A stretch of 64,000 nt of DNA from Kudoa neothunni (lineage: Eukaryota > Animalia > Cnidaria), in contig OZ199838.1 of the NCBI GenBank assembly GCA_964304625.1, forward strand, positions 6,559,731-6,623,730, read 5' to 3'. The notes below the pieces were generated by a model that saw nothing but the letters and a program-made list of their open reading frames with translations, was not told where the DNA came from and ran no database searches. Below are positions 1 to 13,249 of this stretch, piece after piece. How positions within the stretch are numbered: the first letter of the stretch is position 1; the number at the start of each line of letters is the position of its first letter. The position numbers and the translations under genes are program-made.

Positions 1-3
1 TAG

Positions 4-3000
4 TGCATGATAATCCAAAGTTGTTGAACGAAATGAAAAAAGTTGACAAAAAAGGACTGATAGATAAATGGTTACATAGTTGTTCCAGTAGTGATTTTAT
101 GAGAAAATTTATCGAAGCATCTAGCAAGAAAAACACTAATGGCGATGTGCAATCGAAAAAGTGCGCACTTCCGGACCTGCCAAATGCAATAAACGGCGGG
201 GTGGTGACTAGGTTTCCTCCGGAAGCTTCTGGTTATCTACACATTGGTCACGCAAAAGCGGCTCTTCTAAATCAATTGTACAAAGAAAAGTATAATGGAA
301 AATTGGTGATGCGTTTTGATGATACCAACCCGTCGAAGGAAAATGAGTTATTTGAAAGAATTATTTTAGAAGATATCAAACTGTTGGGTCTCATGCCTGA
401 CCGATTTACCAGAACGTCTGATCACTTTGAGCGACTAATGGAATATGCAAAGCAGATGATTTTATCTGGTGATGCCTTTTGTGATGATACATCAGCGGAA
501 GAAATGAAGAACCAGCGTCTCAATAAGCTCCCCTCAGAATGTCGGAATAATTCTCTCGAAACAAACTTAGAAATGTGGGACCAAATGGTCAAAGGGACTG
601 ACGCCGGTCAAAAATATTGTTTGCGTGCCAAGATCGATTATACCTCTCTTAACGGCTGTATGCGAGATCCCACCATCTACAGATGTAAGCAAGAACCTCA
701 TCTTATCACCAAAGATCGATTCAAATGTTATCCTACCTATGATTTTTCTTGTCCTATTGTGGACAGTGTCGAAAATGTCACTCACGCACTCAGAACATCG
801 GAATATGTAGATCGTGACCAGCAATATTATTGGTTTATCGACAAGTTGAATCTACGTAAACCCACGATATGTTCGTTTAGTCGTCTCAATTTGAAATACA
901 CTTTGATGTCCAAAAGAAAGCTCGCATGGTTGGTTGATAATGGAATAGTTGAGGGTTGGGATGACGCACGTCTTCCAACTGTTAGAGGCTTATTGCGCCG
1001 TGGTTTGGAGTTGGATGCTTTAAGAAGTTTCATCATTTCACAAGGTTTCTCAAAAAATGTCAATAACATGGATCCATCCACCGTTTGGGCGATGAACAAG
1101 CAAATTCTTGAATCTACTGCTCATAGGTTTACAGCTCTCAAATCAGATAGTTTAGTTGAGGCTGTTATCGATAATTTTGATAGTTGTCAAATTGATCGTA
1201 CTGCTCAATTTCCTCTTATCGCCTCAAATTCGGATTGTGGAGTTAAAACAGTGTTCTACAGTAACAATGTTTGGTTGGAAAAAGATGACGTCTCCTGTAT
1301 GAAAGTAAACGATAGAATAACTCTGATCTCCTTGGGCAACGCCATAGTTAAAGAGATTAACGCAAGTGACCAAACAAATAAACCAAAAATTCACTTAGAA
1401 TTATGTCCTCAGGATAAATCCTATAAAGGGACACTAAAAGTTACCTGGTTACCCGTGGAATCATCTTCTGCTAGCATAACAAACGTGAAGTTGGAGATTG
1501 TTTACTATGGTAATATTCTGAAAAAGCCCTCCCTAAATGAATTTGTTAGCTTTGAGGATTCTGTTGAACGCGATTCCGAGTTGATTGTTCCAATGAGAGG
1601 TGAAAGTGCTTTAATGAATGTTCAAGTGGGTCAGAAAATTCAGATTCTACGTAAAGGATTTTTCATTTGTGATAGCATTGTGAAAAGTGGATCCGAGCCT
1701 ATTCTACGTTTGTTTAACATTCCTGATGGTTCTAAAAGTTGTTTCGAGTCAACGACAACAACAACAACAGCTGAACCCACAAAGAAAGTAGAAACTGAGT
1801 CACCTAAATTGAACCCAAAAAATGGTAAGAGTGTGTCAGATGTTGATGAGAAAAACCTCGAAAAGCTTATTATCGAGCAGGGTAACAAGGTGCGAACTCT
1901 AAAATCTGATAAAACCTCCTCACCAGATATCATTAAAGGCGAGGTTGAGAAACTGCTGAATTTGAAGAAAAGTTATGAGCAGAAAACCGGTAAACCTTAT
2001 CAACCTAACAATGGCAGTATTGCCACCAACTCCAAAACATCTGATTCCAAACAATCGCTTAGTGAAGATCACGCTGGTATTTACAATAAAATTACCGACC
2101 AAGGAAATAAGATCAGGCAGCTTAAGTCATCAAAAGCTGAAAAAGAAATCATTGACAAAGAAATTAAGCTACTGCTAGCCATGAAAGAGAGCTTCAAGAA
2201 GGCCACAGGCTTAGAATATAAACCTCCAACTCAGGCGTCAAATCGTTCCACAAATAATTCTAATGTTAAAACAGCTAAAAAAGATTCCAATTCTAAACCA
2301 CCTAAAAAATCTTCTAATGAAACTACAGCAACACCAACAACTAAGAAAGTCACCAAACTTGGACTAGAATTTAAAAAGGAAGATAATTTTAGCAAATGGT
2401 ACTCAGAGTTGATAGTGAAAGGTGGTCTGATTGAATACTATGATATTGGTGGTTGTTATGTGTTACGACCTCAAGCTTATGGCATTTGGGAAATAATACG
2501 ATCATTTATGGATAACGAGTTCAAAAAGCGCGGAGTCAAAAATTGTTATTTTCCCATGTTTGTTAGTAAGGCTGCTCTCAACAAAGAACAACAGCATATT
2601 GAAGATTTCTCCCCCGGAAGTATCTTATTTTTAGTTACTACTCCACTATAATTTGTGTAATCCTTTGGTGTAGGTTGCATGGGTGACCAAATCGGGAAGT
2701 TCAGATTTGCAAGAACCAATTGCTATCCGTCCCACATCAGAAACAGTAATGTATCCTGCTTACGCTAAATGGATTCAATCTCACCGTGATTTGCCGCTCA
2801 AATTGAATCAATGGTGTAATGTGGTCAGGTGGGAATTCAAACATCCAACACCATTCCTACGATCCAGAGAATTTCTATGGCAAGAAGGTCACACAGCTTT
2901 TGCCACAAAAGATGAAGCTGTGGCCGAGGTTTACGATATGCTTGACATATACAAACGAACCTACGAAGAGTTGTTAGCTGTACCGGTCATAAAAGGTCGA

Positions 3001-4078
3001 AAAACCGAAAAAGAAAAGTTTCCTGGTGGCGATTTTACAACAACTGTCGAAGCATACATACCAAACAGTGGTAGAGGAATTCAAGCTGCAACTTCACATT
3101 ATCTTGGTCAAAATTTCTCCAAAATGTTCGAAATTATGTTCGAAGATACTTCCAACAACAAGGTTTATGCTTATCAAAATTCGTGGGGTTTCACTACGAG
3201 ATCCATCGGTGTCTCTATTATGATCCATAGTGACAATAATGGTCTTGTGTTGCCTCCTCGAGTTGCAGATATTCAAGTTGCTATTATTCCTTGTGGTATA
3301 ACATCGACTCTGGAAATCGCAAAAAGAGAACAACTTATTAGCTATTGCAACCGGCTAAACCAACAACTCACTGGGAAAAATATCAGATCCATATTAGACA
3401 CTAGAGATAATTTGTCCCCTGGATGGAAATTCAACCATTACGAGTTGAAAGGAACACCATTACGAGTTGAAATCGGTCCCAAAGAAATGGAAACTTCTAA
3501 GTTTGTTCTATGTAGAAGAGATACACTCGAGAAAGTTATTCATACGTTTAAACGTTTTTGTTTGACGCTTTTTGTTAGAATGTGTTTTCTGATGCAAATG
3601 CTTTTGGTCAGGTTTGTGAGGATATGTTAGAAACAATACAAAATAGTTTGCTTGAAAAAGCGCGCGTTAAATTAAACTGCAACATCGTTGTTGTTGAACA
3701 ATGGGATGGTTTTATGACTAATCTCAACAAAGGAAAAGTGATTTTTTTTTCTTGGTGTTTAGTATATGTCATTCATAGTTACTTTTAACACCTTTCTGTT
3801 TGGATTCCACTTGCGAGACACAAATCAAAGAAAATAGTTCAAAGTAACTTTGATTTTTATTGTGAGGTTGTTCCTATGAATAATTGCGGTTTTTTAGAGA
3901 GGATGCAACAGCTAAGGATGGTGATTCTTCCGACAATGCTGTTGCCGCAACCATGGGTGCCAAAAGCTTGTGTATTCCTTTCGATCAGCCCAAGCCACTT
4001 GAATCTAATACCAAATGCATCAATCCCGGTTGCTCTAAGCGTGCCATCTCTTATGTTCTTTTTGGACGTAGTTATTAA
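4..4078 (+). CDS. EPRS1: Bifunctional glutamyl-prolyl-tRNA synthetase, 5'-partial; GluRS + 2 WHEP repeats + ProRS
   Basis: GluRS motifs [19 protein letters not shown] and MSKRKL; two WHEP repeats ([11 protein letters not shown]..., [11 protein letters not shown]...); ProRS motifs [23 protein letters not shown] and C-terminal FGRSY*. Introns 2620-2673, 3535-3578, 3738-3778, 3844-3897; acceptor TAG at 1-3. One surplus C in the run 2611-2615 breaks the frame at the first junction. Confidence 0.97.
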
Positions 4079-4714
4079 ACTCTTGACTTCTCGTTTGTCT
4101 TACCGCTTAGAGTTATCGTTGACTATTTCTTTTCTATTTTAATGAGATTTTATAGCATTATAATTAAGAATGAAAATATATTAATTAAATATTTTTATTA
4201 CGAAGTTTTATAGTTTATTTCCTAAATTGAGTAAATTAATAATTAAAATCACTTTCTGACATTAATCACATAATGCTTACATCAACGTAGTTTTAATGAC
4301 TTGGATTCAGCTTCATTTTTCATTAATAAAATTGAATTTTAAAAAATAGCGTTTACAGAAATAGGCGAATGAGATAAACATGGATTAGTTATTTCAGAAA
4401 AAGTTCCCCCGAATATCTGTAACATTAAGGTGTATCATTCACGACTTTCTATATACTAGGAAGGCCAACGAATCTATCTCTAATGAGAGGGGATATGGAA
4501 GGTTGTTAGTTTTGATCACAATATCGGACGAAAATAGGTGCGTAATAAGTAATATTTTAATTGCTATTAAATACGACTAACGATAATGGTGATAATATGA
4601 GTACAATCACATAGATGCTAAAAAGCAAAAACACAATTTTCTAACTAAGTCTACTGTTGACGAGTTAATTCCTCGTACGAACTAAAGGGTAAAGAGGCAA
4701 AAATGCTACCAACT

Positions 4715-5818
4715 CTATATTTGGTTCTCATTAAGCGTGAATAAATATCGATTTGGCACATTGCAGAACTGCGACTGATATTCAATAAGGAAATCTTCAA
4801 ATAAGGTTCTAGGTAAGGGTCGTTTGGCTGCACTTTTAAATCTAAACATAACGTGTTCGATGTAGGTGTAGAGTTGATGTTTCAGGTAGTGCTAAATTAC
4901 ATTTAAATTACTATCCGAAGTAAATTATGTGATTTACATCCATATTGGTATTTTTAGATATGTATTGAGTGATAAATTCTCCTAATAAAATGATGTCCTT
5001 GGTGGTGAGAGAACCAAATGTCCTGCACGGAGACCTTTTGCTGGTTCCATATTTTATTTTTTCGTACTGTGTATGATTATATTTTATGTGATCATCAATG
5101 TGAATAATAGTGCCGGGTAAAGTGAAACGGTAGATATTAGCAAGAACATTTTCAACCTCATCTCTGTGAAGTATGCTTAAATGAACCAGGGGTTTCACCT
5201 GATAGGAATCTAATAGGCAGAGTAAAAAACAGTTAACTATTTCAAATTTTTCTTCCTTTTCATCATTTATTATCTAAAACACATTATAATCTACATGGTA
5301 GAGAAACTAATGATATAACCGGCATGTAATAACCAACAGGCAAAATTTTGACAATAACGATTTCATCACTGCCTCCTAGTATTATAGGGTCTCGAATAAG
5401 TGCCCGATGACAAACCTGATTCACTGTTCCCATCACTTCTTCTCCGATCAAATTATTTATCCTTAGGTATTCAACACATTTGGACATATCGGAGCCTATC
5501 GCCCAGAAATAAACAAGGCTGATAAATAATTTCAAAGGAACAGCATTGTCTTCGAATGGAGAATTTATACGTATGGATGAAGCGTGATCACGATTACAAT
5601 TCCAAGAAAAGTGGTCGCTAAAATAGTCATTTTGACATAATAACAATGTTCTGCAAGAGCATCTAAGAAAATGTAAACATTGAACTAAATATTTAAAAAT
5701 ACCTGGCACATTTTTTAGGAGTCTCTAGTAAGTTGACAGCCAAAAGAAAGTAAATTATATCCTTGTTGTTGATAAATATATTTTCCTTGTCGCGTAATAT
5801 GCAACCAAATGATGACAT
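4715..5818 (-). CDS. Intron-containing Merlin/IS1595 (ISXO2-like) transposase-derived protein, 323 aa, probably catalytically inactive
   Basis: Exons 5818-5703, 5662-5320, 5273-4938 and 4891-4715 (972 nt, open throughout); GT-AG introns of 40, 46 and 46 nt. Collinear Merlin-like blocks: CARC...WNCNRDH-SIRINSPF, LVYFWA, PIILGG, LPGTIIHIDD, LYTYIEHVMFR, LFEDFL. An alternative in-frame donor at 5337 is possible. Confidence 0.8.
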
Positions 5819-8167
5819 TAGCTAGTAGTTGTCAATCTAAAGATTTAAAAATTTAAATCTAAGGGGCGCAATAGTTTAAATTCAATAACTCAATAAAAAT
5901 CCAACCAACACCTGTTCAGTCATAGGGACGGCAAAGCAATGCTTAGCAACTAGTTATAAGAAAGAGACATATATGATTTATCTATATTTGGAATAAAATT
6001 GAGAATTTTGATAACCTTCATTTTGAATAAAATTAAATAAAAATCCTATAATTATCTTAACCTATGTAATGAATTGAGAAAGAAAAATTATTGCATACGT
6101 TGGAGAATGAACCATAATGATTTTCTTAAATTAGCGCATGATAATTTGTCACATATATTTCATTTCCCTTATAAAGTTCAGTGGCCCCCCTCTTTTTAAC
6201 AAAATTTAACCCAATACTTGTTAAATTACAGGGATATTCTATATAACACAATTAACGCTACGAAAGGTATATAATAGATCATATGTAATTATATTTACAA
6301 AAATCAAACATGAACTTTTATTCTATACATGGTATTTATAAAATGTTTCAAAAAATAACGTAAATGCTCAGTGAGTCCTTTTTGGTCCAAGTATAAATTG
6401 ATTGAATGAAGTCATTTAATTATTGTAAAGTATTGTTTTATAGTTTATTCAATTAAAGAGGATAACAAATATTTTTTATTTTAATTTTGGGAATACATGA
6501 ATGTAAAATATCCGTAGAGAGTGGGTTTCTTAATATTTAGCTATTCCTGAATTTTTTAATTCTTTGTTTTAAATTGAGATTTTTTGGAACGCAACCGGAA
6601 TTTTAATATATTAAAGATACATTGTTCAAATCATAATACACCAAATTGATAATGAGGTTTGAATAAGCACGATGTAATGATTGATCTTTTTTGGAAATTG
6701 TAAAATATATAAAATAAATTAAACAATAGCGACAGATAATTGGTGCTTTACAACAAATTAAAAAATTTCGATTTCGTTTTTAAGATTCCGTTAAGGGTGG
6801 GCATGGTGAATATGTTAAAATGTTTTACAGTTGCAGATTGGATACCTCTTCTGGGGATATTGCGGAAGTATTATATTTTACACAATCTTTCTGTTATATT
6901 ATCTAATTTTTTTCTGTTTCATTTCATTAACAATTTCCCCCAACAAATATGTCAAGAATATTTGGTTAAAACGCCACTCAAGTGATTAACATTATAAAAA
7001 AATATGAACTTTAATGTATTAATCAAATCTAAATATTTTAATAAATTAATAACAAAAATATTATACAACTACTTTACATTCAACTAATCAACTTGTATCG
7101 CTTTTAAAAAATGCATAAGACTGATCCCTGACTGTGATATTTTTTCATTTATCTACGGAATTGAAAGCTCATAATAAACCCAAAAATAAAAAAATTTTGT
7201 TGTAAAAAATTCTGAAATGTATAATATCGACGGTAATAATAAAAAGATGGATAAATGATTGTTTGAAGAGAAAAATAATCTATAAATCTTAGTGGATTCC
7301 TTAAATTCACCAATGTAAATGATATTTAGATCCTTCAATAAGATTAAGATGTGATAAAAATATTTACATCTCATCTATAAACAAAATAAATACCTCAATC
7401 GTTATATCTTATCCATACGATTCATTGGAAATATCTAGAGAATAAACCATTTGAACATTTCAATTTAAATGAATGAATTTTTGTCACACATTACCATTTA
7501 ATGAGATATCGTTGTTTAGGGGTACAACATAGTGGCTGAAAAAAAGGGATTAACTAACCTTAAAGATTTAAAATAAACTGAAGAAATTTAATTAAATATT
7601 AAAAATACATACATTAAATAATCAAATTATTTATTTAAGTTATATCGATTAAAAAAGTGGATTTGAAAATGTTTTTATTTATTTGAATCAAATTGAATCG
7701 AAGAAATTTACATTATATACTGTAGTGTGGAATTATGGTGTACTGGCAATCATTATATAACTCGATTTAGAATAACAAATAGTTTATTCGTCTATTATCT
7801 GATAAGTCATGATGTAACATTATATTCAACTTATAAATTAACCCATTCGGTCCCATTGTTCGCTGTAGTGAACAAACCATTATTATGGCTACCACGTATT
7901 GAACGTATTTATATAGAAAACCAAAAGTAACTTAAACTGAAGATTTTAGTATTAAGATTGTTAATATTTTTACTTTATATCATATTTAAGAATGGAAAAT
8001 TTTGTATTGAACAATACTTTTTACTAAATACGGATTAAAAAATTGCAATCTTATTCTGTCGATAAAAGTATGTTTCATTTTATAAATAAAACAAATAAAT
8101 ATATATTGTAGATAATTATGGTTAGTTTATTTTATCAAATATTCACATTGATACAATTAGTAAACAA

Positions 8168-9981
8168 ATGCACACAGCTTTAAAAGCATGTGTTCACTAC
8201 GATGAACAACGGGCTCCAACGGAACTAAAATTTCGGATTATAATGGATCACGATTTCAGAGCAACAAGGTCAAACAGTCGAAAAATACAAGTGGAAGTTA
8301 TAGTTCTTCCAGATTCTGTTATTTCAGATCTTGATGTGTATTCTGATGATGAATTTGATCCAATAAAAACCGAAAATGTTGAGGAATTCTCTACTAACTC
8401 GTCAGATGAATCGGCTACTGTGGAAGAAGAAACAGTTGTCAAATGGATTAATGAAGGGCCCTGGATTAAACGACCTGAAAATGTAACCACAGATGAAAAT
8501 TTTGAAGAACTTGACGGTTTTCATGAACCAATAGACTACTTTAATTTCTTCTTTGGCAATGAACTAATGGAACTAATAGTATCGCAATCAAATATCTATT
8601 CCACTCAATTTGGATCGACTTTCCGTACACATGTTGAAGAAATTCAAAAGTTCATCGGCGTTCTTATTTTGATGGGCATCGTTAGGATGCCTCGTTACCG
8701 CTGCTATTGGAGTAAATTCCTGAATTATCCCCCTGTTTCAAATACTTTCTCCAGAATTCGTTTCCAGCAAATCCTCAAATTTTTACATTTTAGTAATAAC
8801 GAAGCTCTTATAACAAATCAAAACTCACCCACTTTCGATCGTTTCGCGAAAATTAGACCTTTTCTTGAGCACCTCAGGATGGCATGCTTAAAAATAACCA
8901 CAGAAGTACACAATTCAATTGACGACGAGAAAATAATTCCTTTTCAAGGAAAATGGAAGGCAAGGCAATACCTCCCGGAGAAACCTTCAAAGTGGGGCTT
9001 CCTAATTTTCGATTGATGCGATGTTAGTGGCATCGTGTATGACTTTCACATTTATGATGGAAAAACACCCACGGTTGCGCAAAGATATGGTCTAAACTCA
9101 GGAGACTTCGTTGTTAAACTATCCGAAACTCTTCCAACTTCAAATACATATTTCCTCTATTTTTGACAACTACTTTACTCCTGCCTCACTACAAGTGTTT
9201 TTAAAAACCCAAAATATTTACTCAGTTGGTACAATTCGAAGAAATAGAATAAAAAATTTCTCTTCAACTCCCGCAAAGATATTCGAGAAAAATGGTCATG
9301 GAGTGTATGAAAGAGCGCAAGATCTTCATCAAGGTATTGTGTTATCTCAATGGTGTGATGGCTTAGTAGTTATATTTCCCCCAACGTATTCTTCTTTGGA
9401 ACTCAGTCTCAGGGTAAGGAGATTTGATAAACGTCTCAAACGAATAGTTAATGTTGAGTGTCCTAATGTTGTTTCTGAATACAACAAAAACATGGGGGTG
9501 TCGATCTATCAGATATGCCGACGGCATTGTATATATTAGAGCATAAATCTTTAGCGTTTTACATGAAAATTTTCATTTGGGGTCTAAATACAAGCCATTA
9601 TTAATTCATGGCTGCTATATCACAGAAACTACGTCGTACGAAAGACGCCCGGAAAGGAAATGAAAGACTTGTTATCATTTACAGAATCCATATGCGAATC
9701 ACTCATCTGTTATAAAAACGGGTAGTAATATCAAAGCGAGGTCGACCAAGTCTGGATGTGTGTGAAGATTATGATGTCATTTATTGCCAAAAACGTCAAA
9801 AAAATAATGTACTATCAGATTCTATTAGATTTGACAATGTTGGTCATTACCCTACGATGAATGAATAAAAAAATAGGTGCCGTCTATGTAAAAGGAACTC
9901 ACAGTTCGCATGTGTAAAATGTATGCAACTTGTTGCATTGTTAAAGGAAGGAACTGGTTTTATGATTTCCATGTAAAATAA
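8168..9981 (+). pseudogene. Disrupted piggyBac transposase of element 1
   Basis: SIDDEKIIPFQG, QYLPEKPSKWGF, FDNYFT, YNKNMG, IRFDNVGH and a Cys-rich C-terminus, split by frameshifts and stops (ORFs 8168-9016, 9111-9539). Confidence 0.9.
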
Positions 9982-10022
9982 ACTAATTAGTTATTAATAA
10001 AATTTATTTTTTTCTCATTTAA

Positions 10023-12511
10023 CCCTCCAACGGATGAAAAAACGACCACCCTCCAACGGGCTTTGGGGTAAAAAAGACCCCAGATTTTTTTTAATTTAAT
10101 GTATGCAGAAAATTATTATAAACTTATGAGGGCAATATGGGAAAATTCTGCCTAAGTAACGCTGAGAAAATAATCAATTACTTCATAATTAATCTCAGTA
10201 ATCCTCTTCGGCAAGATTAAGCAGATATCGCGATAAATCGTTTTTATAACGTATAATATGTTTAGTCTTATTTGAAATAATGAAAAATAACATTTTAGCA
10301 AAAAATAAAAGATAAAATATTTTCAAGGGTCCCTAATAAATTTGGTTTATATTAGCTAGCAATTTAGACATTTATTTGACGAATGGGCGCGACAGTAGAA
10401 ACTTCCACATTTTGAGCATTTGGATGAGGTTTTCTTATCGTTTTCACGAGGACAATGTTCACATCTTCGTTTAGAAGTATTTGAATCTGCAAAGTTGTAT
10501 GTTTCCATAGAAGTTGGATGAGATCTTTTTGAACCTTTTTTCATTTGGGAATTTCTCTCCAAAAGAGGTTTATACAACTCTCCAGCCATTTCTTTCAGAA
10601 AATCACGTCTCAATTTTGTGGAATCGTTAAATATGTTGTTTATATAGACAAAATGAATTTATCAAAGTCAAATCCAACATATTATAAAAGACCACCATGG
10701 GCCAGCGTCGATTAAATCTGCGGACCGAAACGGAAGCCAACATCCGATCCACGTATCTACTCCTCCTTTGGAACCATTATAATCCACTATTGTTTCAGGC
10801 TTTTGTTTATGTGTATCGTTGGTTATGTTGGTGTTGGTTGTTCCTGAGGATAGGAGAATCACTGCTCTTCTTTTTTTGTTGACATATGAAGTGATCATAT
10901 ATTTATCAAAAAATATAAACATAGTGCTGAATAAGGAACGATTTCTAGACGGAAGAACACACGGTGGTAAATCTCTCTTATTGTGTCGAATTGTTCCAAG
11001 ATATGTCAGACGTTTTGTCTAACAGCTTCTCGGCTAGTCTAAGGGAAGAGAAAAAATTATCTGCAACTATAGTTCTTCCTGAGTTATACAAGGGAGCTGT
11101 AAGGGAAAGCACAATATTCTCACCAACACCACAGTTTTGGCTAGCTTGAGTTCCGTTCTTTCCTAGATAGGGAGAAATGTTTACAACATATTTGTGGACT
11201 GGATCGACAGCTAGGAAAAACTTTAGGCCATATTTCGCCGGCTTCATCGGCATATATTGTCTAAATGAGTATCTTCCTCTAAACGAGACTAACTGCTCGT
11301 CAACGGTAACATTTTCACCGGGGAAAAAACATATAGGTAGAGTCTGGATCCACATGTTCCATATGTTGCGAATTGGACAAAATTTATCCAATTCTCTTCT
11401 TTCAGATCTGGTGCTTGGATTATCAAAATGAATACATCGTAGAATTTGGCGAAAACGATTAAATGAAAAGATTTCGCGATACATCTCTCTCCCTTCCTTT
11501 ATACTAAACATTTCTAAAAGAGGTTGCTCTCTGTCTTTGTAGACAGCCATCAAAATTAGTGTTCCGAAAAATCCTCTTAATTCAACGTCGTCTAAATCAT
11601 TCCATAAATCAGAAAAGTGTAATTTCCCGTGAACGTTTGTTTGTTTTATTATTTCCTGGCAAATTTCATCAGTGAAGAATATAAAAAAACAGTCCAACAC
11701 GTTTTTGACTCTTTGTATGCAATAAGCTGTTGGCCCAGGTCGAGGATTCATGATATTCTCCTTCAGCATTTTTGATGGAGGTGGCTTATTCAATGTCCAA
11801 AGTATTCCGCTTTTGCTTGTCGTAGAATCCGCAGGATGTTCGCAATCTGATGTATCATCGGATTCTTCGGAATATTCAAGAACGGTTTCATCAATGTCGC
11901 TACTTAAAGGTTGATATTCATCGCTAAAAATCCTCAGATGGTGCCATGATTATCTCAATGTGCGCAACAAACGATAAATTTGGTGTATATTTCGCGTTAA
12001 CTCTCATATACGGTCCTAAGGCTTAAATTATCTATAGCTTATTTTGTAGGGGATTATTTATTGCTAGTACACGGAGGTAATATGTTAATTTTGTTTGTAT
12101 TTAGCTAATAAACATTGACCTTGCGGTATTCATATAAACGATGGTTACGATATGTTGCGATTACATACTTAATCGGATTACGGCGGATTATATTGATTAA
12201 TAATTGCTGAATTTGACAGTATTTATTAGGCAGATTTTTTTTTAAATTTCCAAATCATCTTATAATAATTTTCTACATACGTCAAATCAAAAAAAATCTG
12301 GGGTCTTTTTTTACCCCAAAGCCCGTTGGAAGATAAAAATTTTGTTCGATAAGAAATAATCAATATTCCACATAAAGATTTTTATAAATCTATTTATTAA
12401 AATAATTTAGGAGAATAGACGAAATTTCAAGTATCCCAGATAATTATAAAATATTCTATGGACAAATTAAAATCGTTTTGGGGTCTAAAAGACCCCAAGC
12501 CCGTTAGAGGG
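10023..12511 (-). mobile_element. piggyBac element 2 (PGBD4-like), nested antisense in the 3' non-coding part of element 1
   Basis: TTAA at 10019-10022 and 12512-12515; TIRs CCCTCCAACGG / CCCTCTAACGG; GGGGT-N7/8-ACCCC palindromes at 10065, 12300 and 12480. Confidence 0.93.
10356..11947 (-). pseudogene. Frameshifted piggyBac transposase of element 2
   Basis: VTVDEQLVSFRGR, QYMPMKPAKYGLK, ADNFFSS, DYNGSKGGVD and C-terminal CEHC...CSKC...CRAH...CLNC across ORFs 10978-11793, 10668-10922 and 10356-10613; start approximate. Confidence 0.92.
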
Positions 12512-13249
12512 TTAAAAATTTTGTGTTTTTGTTACCGTTGGAGCCCGTTGTTCACTGTAGTGAACAAGACCAAAAGTGTGACGAATTGGAACATGGAGAA
12601 CTCTTTTTAAATTAAAATTTTAAATTTATCGTTTTAACACCACTTCTATACAATAAATTTTTTTCGAAAGAAAAAAAAAATTTGGGATCGAAAGGGTTAA
12701 AGTAAAAGTTTATAATTAAAATGGCGTTATAGTTATATAATGGTTTTTTAATAAGTGTTACGTATATTTATTCTGAAAAGTTAACTCAAAATTTATCCTT
12801 TATAGCACTAAAAAAATTGACAATATTTAAATTAGATTGTTAGAAGCTATGATAGAATGAATTTATAGTTCCTTGTTTATTCTGAAAACTATTCGGCTAA
12901 TTAAATCGTACGAATTATGTACGATGGAATGATTATGTCAATATCAAGTATAAATTATAAAGTATATTCAGACTTTAAATTTTATATATCAACTCGCTTT
13001 TCAATACTTTTACATAAAAAGATATCTTACGATCTATGTTGTATTGACAATAATAAACAAACAATTCAGTTAATACATTATCCTATTATCGGTGGAAAAA
13101 ATAATTATTATACGAAGTATTATATTTATTACACGTAGCCAAGCAACTTTAGGAAACACTAATTCAACATATTGTTCAATTAGTGATAGAAGAGGCCATT
13201 ACAGGCGTCATACAAATGAATAATATGAATTCCAAGCGGATGATAAAAA

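Larger units (their letters stand above)
7842..12696 (+). mobile_element. piggyBac element 1 (PGBD2/3-like), carrying nested element 2
   Basis: TTAA at 7838-7841 and 12697-12700; TIRs CCCATTCGGTCCCA / CCCTTTCGATCCCA (reverse complement); palindrome TTGTTCRCTGTAGTGAACAA at 7856 and 12548, variant at 8191. Confidence 0.92.

Noticed and set aside
567-3333. Antisense and alternate-frame ORFs over EPRS (likewise over transposases, PI4KB and 59763-60245)
   Set aside because: Shadow ORFs of real coding sequence with no independent evidence.
4651-4833. ORF-track 60-aa ORF as the last exon of the Merlin-derived gene
   Set aside because: The spliced exon 4891-4715 uses a different frame that fits the Merlin C-terminal pattern without any frameshift.
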